64,000 nt of DNA from a virus (lineage: Duplodnaviria > Caudoviricetes), in IMG/VR virus record IMGVR_UViG_638275558_000001, positions 65,909-129,908 of that record. One strand, 5' to 3'. How positions within the stretch are numbered: the stretch's first letter is position 1; each line of letters opens with the position of its first letter. The notes below the pieces were generated by a model. The model searched no databases and was not told the DNA's origin. It was given only the letters and a program-made list of their open reading frames with translations. Positions 59,249 to 64,000 of the stretch are shown piece by piece. The position numbers and the translations under genes are program-made.

Positions 59249-59586
59249 ACGAAAAAGCGTTCCAGTTCCGCAATCTTCTAAAGGAAGTGATCGGCATGCG
59301 AATCCTCGAGCGATTCAACCACATAGAACCTGAAGGAAAAAGGAAATGGGTAATTTTATCCGCCTACATTCTAATAGTGGAAGAAGAAAATGCACCCCAG
59401 ATCTGCAAGGAACTTGTTCGAAACAATACAGAGATAGATCCTCTGGAATTTGTCAGATCTTTCAAAGAAGAACTTATAAACATGATCGAAAATCAAAATT
59501 ATCGAAATGAATTTGAGAAATACGTTGCAAACTACGCGATAGAAAACGAAATCAATTACAGAAACATGATAGCAAACTTTTTCTGA
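59245..59586 (+). CDS. Hypothetical protein
   Basis: 113 aa; ATGA overlap with upstream gene. Confidence 0.65.
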   Translation: MNEKAFQFRNLLKEVIGMRILERFNHIEPEGKRKWVILSAYILIVEEENAPQICKELVRNNTEIDPLEFVRSFKEELINMIENQNYRNEFEKYVANYAIENEINYRNMIANFF

Positions 59587-59589
59587 TAT

Positions 59590-59626
59590 AAAAAGGAAAA
59601 CCCCCGGTTCATCACCGGGGGCTTCC
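59590..59626 (-). terminator. Terminator after the major capsid gene
   Basis: cccccggt/accggggg stem; U-rich tail on the minus strand. Confidence 0.8.
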
Positions 59627-59660
59627 TCAGCGTCTATTCCCTATCGGGTAAGTTCCGCCA

Positions 59661-61232
59661 TTACGGCTGCAGGAGCTTCACATACAGCAGACCATAGAAC
59701 TCTGGACGCACCACCTCCAGAGCGTAGCGGGTCATCAGACCACGCCGGTAAGAGAAGTTAACGGGATCGACGATCGTCGGCGTGAACAGCAGCGGCACAT
59801 ACGGAGCGTAAACCGCACCCGTTTGCCACGGCGTGTTCAGATCTTGATTACCCATGATGATCACCGGCTGGTTCTGATAGATGTTCTTGTACAGGCGGTA
59901 GCGTCCCTGCACCATACCTACATAGAAGATACCGGTACCACCATCGCGGTTGTCGTTACCCGGCGTAAAGCCCGGCATCGACTCCAGCAGCGCAGCCACC
60001 TGTGGGCTGGTAACAAGGAAGTTGGCACCCGCAACCGCCGTCTTCTGCTGAATGCGGTTGCTGACCTTGTTCAGTTCGATCATCAGGGTAGCCAACCATT
60101 CCTGCTTCGAGCCGTAGAAGTTGCCGGCAACAAAGTTACCCGACGTTTCATCGTAGTATTCACCGACCACTTCCGACCAGAAGCCATAGTTGTCAGTGCG
60201 CCGGGCATGCGCCATGATCGTCGACAGGATTTCCAGATCGATCTCACGGGCAATATACTGAGACATGAGCGTAACGATTTCGTTTTCAAGATCGACGCCC
60301 TTATGATAGGCGGCGAGATCCTGCATCGCTTCCGGCGTCCAGGCGGCACGCAGCTTACGGGTCTTGGTAGCCACCGGACGGCTCCGAAGCTCAAGGTTGA
60401 TCTCCGGAATATCCAGCGACTGGAATCCGGGATCCGGATAGTCAGGATCCGTCGACTGGTCTTCGAAGTCGTTTCGAGCATCGATGTAGTAGACCAGATC
60501 AAGGTCTTGAGTCGACGGAGTACCACCGGCAACGGTCGCAAAGTCAGAGCCGGTTACGAAGAACAACCGCGCGTACAGCGCCGAACCGACGGCACCGACG
60601 ATCCGGTTGTAGCGCGGAAGCGGGTAAGCGACCGTGTTTTCAGGATCACCGGAAGCGTCGTCATATTGCCAGAAGCGCACCGTATTCACATCGGCGACAC
60701 CGGGAAGCGACGCAACCGGCACATCCACATAGTACACCGCACCGCTCGAGACCAGTGAAGCAATGCCGGTGTCAAAACCGACATCCCGCATCGTCGCCTG
60801 CTGGGCGGTAGCCAGATCCACGGTGATCGTGGTCTCATACTCCCGACGCGACAGGCGAGCGTTTTCATCATACAGACCGCCCGTAGCCGTGTCGGTGGTC
60901 AGACCGGTACCACCGTAGACCGAGCCGTTTCCGGGAAGCTCAGGCGACTTGAAATCCAGATAGAAGACCAGACCTGTTGGGAGCGACAGCGGCTGCACCG
61001 ACACCAGATCCGTCGCACGCAGGTTGGCGAACACACGGCGCACAATCGGAAGTGCCAGATTCCAGCCGTCAACCTCCGTGGTCTGGGTGGTCTCCATCAG
61101 GTGCTTCTTAGCCTCGCGGTACTGGTTCTCCAGCAGGGTAGCGAGCGTATGCCGCTCCCAGTCGTTACGGCAACCCTCCAGAAGCGGTTGCCACTTCTCG
61201 ATAAGTTGTTCGTTAATTTTCGGTTGGCTCAT
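59661..61232 (-). CDS. Major capsid protein, T4 gp23-like
   Basis: KWQPLLEG, LLENQ, VQPLSLPTGLVF, KTRKLRAAWTPEAMQDL, YAPYVP and MTRY motifs. Confidence 0.97.
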   Translation of the reverse strand: MSQPKINEQLIEKWQPLLEGCRNDWERHTLATLLENQYREAKKHLMETTQTTEVDGWNLALPIVRRVFANLRATDLVSVQPLSLPTGLVFYLDFKSPELPGNGSVYGGTGLTTDTATGGLYDENARLSRREYETTITVDLATAQQATMRDVGFDTGIASLVSSGAVYYVDVPVASLPGVADVNTVRFWQYDDASGDPENTVAYPLPRYNRIVGAVGSALYARLFFVTGSDFATVAGGTPSTQDLDLVYYIDARNDFEDQSTDPDYPDPGFQSLDIPEINLELRSRPVATKTRKLRAAWTPEAMQDLAAYHKGVDLENEIVTLMSQYIAREIDLEILSTIMAHARRTDNYGFWSEVVGEYYDETSGNFVAGNFYGSKQEWLATLMIELNKVSNRIQQKTAVAGANFLVTSPQVAALLESMPGFTPGNDNRDGGTGIFYVGMVQGRYRLYKNIYQNQPVIIMGNQDLNTPWQTGAVYAPYVPLLFTPTIVDPVNFSYRRGLMTRYALEVVRPEFYGLLYVKLLQP

Positions 61233-61289
61233 TTTACTCTTATTTTTTTTTTGTTTTAAATCTCTAAAAACATTCGGTATTTAACCGAA

Positions 61290-62138
61290 TTAGAGTCCGG
61301 CAAGACGCTTAATGCGCTCCAGATCCAACAGCGGATCCTCAACCGAACCCGACGTGCGGGATTCGGCGACAGGTTTCACCACACGGGTTTCCTGCAGCTT
61401 GCGCTTGATCCGCTCACGAATGCGCTGGCGGGTAACTTCGTCAATGACGGGCTTCTTCACCCGGCTTTCCCGCATACGGCGCGGCGTCGGACACGAAGCA
61501 GCTTCCGCCATTTCCTCCGTCTCCTCACCAGCCACCTTGCGAAGCAGTTCGATAGCCTCCTCTACGCGCTCAAGAAGCGTGTGCAAAAGATCCATTTCTT
61601 CACGCACATGCTCCTCGCTTTCGACGGCACCCTTGATGTCAACATCAATATCGAGTTCTTCGTCGTCCGAAAGATCGGCATCCTTTAACTCGATTTCGGC
61701 TTCCAGCTCGCCGTCTTCGTCGACGTCTTCAACATCGATTTTGATGTCTTCGTCATCCAGATCCAGTTCCAGATCCTCCTCATCGAGATCCAGTTCCAGA
61801 TCTTCGTCTTCGTGTTCGGCTTCGGTAATCCGACGCTTCATTTTGTGTTTAGCTTCTCGCATTTCTTCCTGTTGTTTAGTTTCCCAGGCTTTTTGCAACG
61901 TTTGCGCGACTTCTTCGGCAAACGAAGCAAGCGTGTCATCGTCAGTTTCATCAACCTTCGCTTCCGTCAGGGGATTACCTTCAGGCTCTTCCACCTGCTC
62001 AAGCTCTTCTTCGAGTTCCTTCAAAGCCTCCCGAATTTCTTCGGTGATCGAGTGAATGGAAGCTTCCTGAAGATGCCTCTTCTGCTTTTCCTGACGAAGC
62101 GACTCAAGGTAACCCACAAAGTCTTTAAATTCCTGCAT
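61290..62138 (-). CDS. Prohead scaffolding/core protein (gp22-like position)
   Basis: Very acidic with many xxE-A/S sites; ends ERIKRLAGL; directly upstream of the capsid gene. Confidence 0.7.
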   Translation of the reverse strand: MQEFKDFVGYLESLRQEKQKRHLQEASIHSITEEIREALKELEEELEQVEEPEGNPLTEAKVDETDDDTLASFAEEVAQTLQKAWETKQQEEMREAKHKMKRRITEAEHEDEDLELDLDEEDLELDLDDEDIKIDVEDVDEDGELEAEIELKDADLSDDEELDIDVDIKGAVESEEHVREEMDLLHTLLERVEEAIELLRKVAGEETEEMAEAASCPTPRRMRESRVKKPVIDEVTRQRIRERIKRKLQETRVVKPVAESRTSGSVEDPLLDLERIKRLAGL

Positions 62139-62247
62139 AACTCAAATTTAAATATATTTAATCGCCATTCATTTTAAAAAATGGCACCTGCTACGTGGGA
62201 ATATTAAACCCCACATCAAATTTAAATATATATTTTTCCGCACGAAA

Positions 62248-62280
62248 TAAAAAAAAGGGAGAGAAACTGATCTCTCCCCC
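62248..62280 (-). terminator. Intrinsic terminator
   Basis: gggagaga/tctctccc stem with A-tract on the plus strand. Confidence 0.8.
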
Positions 62281-62420
62281 AGGGGTAACATGTATTTTAT
62301 AACTTGTGAACTACCACCACCTATAGATGTGGATGGCTTCGTGGTCAAGGTAGCTCTTGCTACCAGATTCCCCACGCTCAAAGGGCTGTTCCATCCCCGA
62401 ATTTGCCAATTATTGGCTAA

Positions 62421-63020
62421 TTAAATCACTTTCTTCTTCACAAGCGCCTCGCGCAATCTATGGCGTGCTCTGTTGATTCGAGATTTGACGGTTCCGATAG
62501 GAATGTTGTTTTTCTCAGCCAGCGCCTGCATGGCACATTTTTCCTTCAACTCCATGTACTGTTTCATTATATTGTAAAACGGGTTATCGCCTTTTTCAAG
62601 TTCTTCCTGAATCACCTCCACCGCACGTTTCAATTCATACTGCTCATCAAGCAGCGGCTCTCCGGATTCAATTTCTACAGGGGTATCCCGATCTCCAAAT
62701 GTAATTTCTTCCATGTAAATCCTGGGACCACGTCGAGAATTGTATCGATAACGGGTAATTACAACGGATTTGAATACAGTGTAAATATACGTAGCGAAAG
62801 AAGCTCCTTCAACCACGCTATAGGAATCAAATCTAAGAAGCCTTAGAAACGTATCCTGCACCATATCCTCGATTTCATGCTCCGACTTTGTATATTTCTT
62901 TCCGAAATTTTTGAGCCGCTCAGCATACCTACTGTAAAGCACTTCATAACGGATTTCGAGCGGAACGTTCTGAAGGAAAAGTTCTTCGTCGGTCATCTGA
63001 TAGTATTTACGCTTATCCAT
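62421..63020 (-). CDS. ECF-type RNA polymerase sigma factor
   Basis: EDMVQDTFLRL (region 2), SFATYIY and IPIGTVKSRINRAR (region 4.2). Confidence 0.9.
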   Translation of the reverse strand: MDKRKYYQMTDEELFLQNVPLEIRYEVLYSRYAERLKNFGKKYTKSEHEIEDMVQDTFLRLLRFDSYSVVEGASFATYIYTVFKSVVITRYRYNSRRGPRIYMEEITFGDRDTPVEIESGEPLLDEQYELKRAVEVIQEELEKGDNPFYNIMKQYMELKEKCAMQALAEKNNIPIGTVKSRINRARHRLREALVKKKVI

Positions 63021-63035
63021 AACTTCTCCTCTGTT

Positions 63036-63500
63036 TTAAAGGTTGAAAATGATTTCGTAGCCGTCAATGCGGTCATCAGTTATGAGCTTGTCATAAAGAT
63101 CGTCAATCTTTTCTATGTTGTCATAAATCATGAGCATTTCATCAATATCATGCACAACAACAGAAATGTAATAACCGTTTTCTTCATCAAAACAGAGTTC
63201 GGCGTAGCTTTTATGAAGATCCCCCACACATTTTTTGATATTCTCTACAAATACTTCTACAGGATAATATCTAACCAGACAAAAATCGAGATGCGGAAGC
63301 ACACTGTTCATTATCTGCTCCAGCACCTCTTCATTAGAAATCAGCAGTTCATAATCGTCAATGGTATTTACATTGTAGACAAGATGGTTGTTGGATGTAA
63401 TAGTAGGAATGACTTCGTGAGTTGGGTTGAAATATGTGTTTACCAGATCTTGAACGGAATCGAGCGCGTCGCGATAATCAATTTTAGTCTCCATAGCCAT
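63036..63500 (-). CDS. Hypothetical acidic protein
   Basis: 154 aa. Confidence 0.65.
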   Translation of the reverse strand: MAMETKIDYRDALDSVQDLVNTYFNPTHEVIPTITSNNHLVYNVNTIDDYELLISNEEVLEQIMNSVLPHLDFCLVRYYPVEVFVENIKKCVGDLHKSYAELCFDEENGYYISVVVHDIDEMLMIYDNIEKIDDLYDKLITDDRIDGYEIIFNL

Positions 63501-63540
63501 ATCCTAAAAGGTTGGTTGATATATACCGGTTATGGAAAAT

Positions 63541-63584
63541 AAAAAAGGGGAGAGAGGGTGTTTCCTTTCCCACACCCTCTCTCC
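63541..63584 (-). terminator. Intrinsic terminator after ssb
   Basis: 12-bp stem ggagagagggtg/caccctctctcc with A-tract on the plus strand. Confidence 0.85.
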
Positions 63585-63588
63585 GCGT

Positions 63589-64000
63589 TTATAGGGAAAG
63601 TCGTCATCGAAGTAGCCCTCAATCTCCTCCATCGAATGAGATTCTTTTTCGGGAGAGATTCACCTTTTTCTTGGGGGGATTACAAAATTCCTCTTCCGCG
63701 GGATCAAAGCCCCTAATGGAGAATCTCTTCCTGGCGGGAGCGGGTTCATGCTTCCCCAATCATTGTTATTTCCCCAGACAAACACATGGACGTCTCTTCC
63801 ACCAACAAAACGAACTTCTCCCGAATCGGCGGAGATGTTCGGGAGTTCACCGCGAACCCGGATCAGGGATCCCACCCCGGCTTTCCGCACAAGATCGGAA
63901 GGTCCCGTTGTAAAAGTAAATGTTGAACCACTCGGTGCTTTCTTGCTGACCGTCCCACCGACGGACCGCCAGCCGTACGGTGGTATAACTGTTTCCGCTA
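63589..64000 (-). pseudogene. ssb: Bacterial-type single-stranded DNA-binding protein, frame-disrupted in this sequence (5' end outside window)
   Basis: One frame gives TTVRLAVRRWDGQQESTEWFNIYFY; a second gives LVRKAGVGSLIRVRGEL and, past an in-frame TGA, EEIEGYFDDDFP. Confidence 0.7.

Noticed and set aside
59823-62055. 311-aa and 247-aa (poly-Ser) plus-strand ORFs
   Set aside because: Antisense to the capsid and scaffold genes; the Ser runs mirror Glu/Asp codons on the coding strand.
62169-62381. 70-aa ORF in the sigma-scaffold gap
   Set aside because: Runs through a terminator and AT-rich promoter repeats with no RBS; a structured RNA or UTR fits better.
62300-62410. tRNA, tmRNA or known self-cleaving ribozyme
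   Set aside because: No cloverleaf with a TTC loop and CCA end, and no CUGANGA/GAAA hammerhead core or correctly ordered pistol/twister elements.
45826-64000. Genome-wide stop-codon reassignment to explain in-frame stops
   Set aside because: TAA, TAG and TGA all end well-defined genes here, and conserved genes are uninterrupted under code 11.

Overview
This window is part of a large lytic T4-superfamily ('far-T4') myovirus genome. The 438-aa RNA ligase 1, the HD-domain polynucleotide kinase and the exonuclease-less 522-aa family-B polymerase match my recollection of Rhodothermus phage RM378; this was not checked by search. The window holds scattered T4-like head and neck genes (gp13, gp14, gp21, gp22-like, gp23), a paralogous family of Ig/LamG-like virion proteins, and replication genes (PolB, primase, SNF2 helicase, a frameshifted SSB). 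It also encodes RNA repair (Rnl1 and Pnk), ThyX, an ECF-type sigma factor, a MoxR/vWA pair, and UDP-galactopyranose mutase next to a glycosyltransferase. Two promoter classes can be read directly: TTGACTTTTCT-N12-TAT(A/G)TT (host sigma70-like) and a TATTTAA plus A-tract motif abutting about 20 start codons (late, nearly leaderless). The best leads are: (i) an unannotated 51-aa peptide with a lasso-RiPP-type leader; (ii) a radical SAM / small membrane protein / TNSSS-motif protein operon; (iii) an unannotated 58-aa acidic early protein with an SSB-like tail; (iv) a structured RNA candidate behind the sigma gene; (v) several reading-frame breaks that may be recoding, phase variation or sequencing error. 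I saw no tRNA, rRNA, CRISPR array or IS element.
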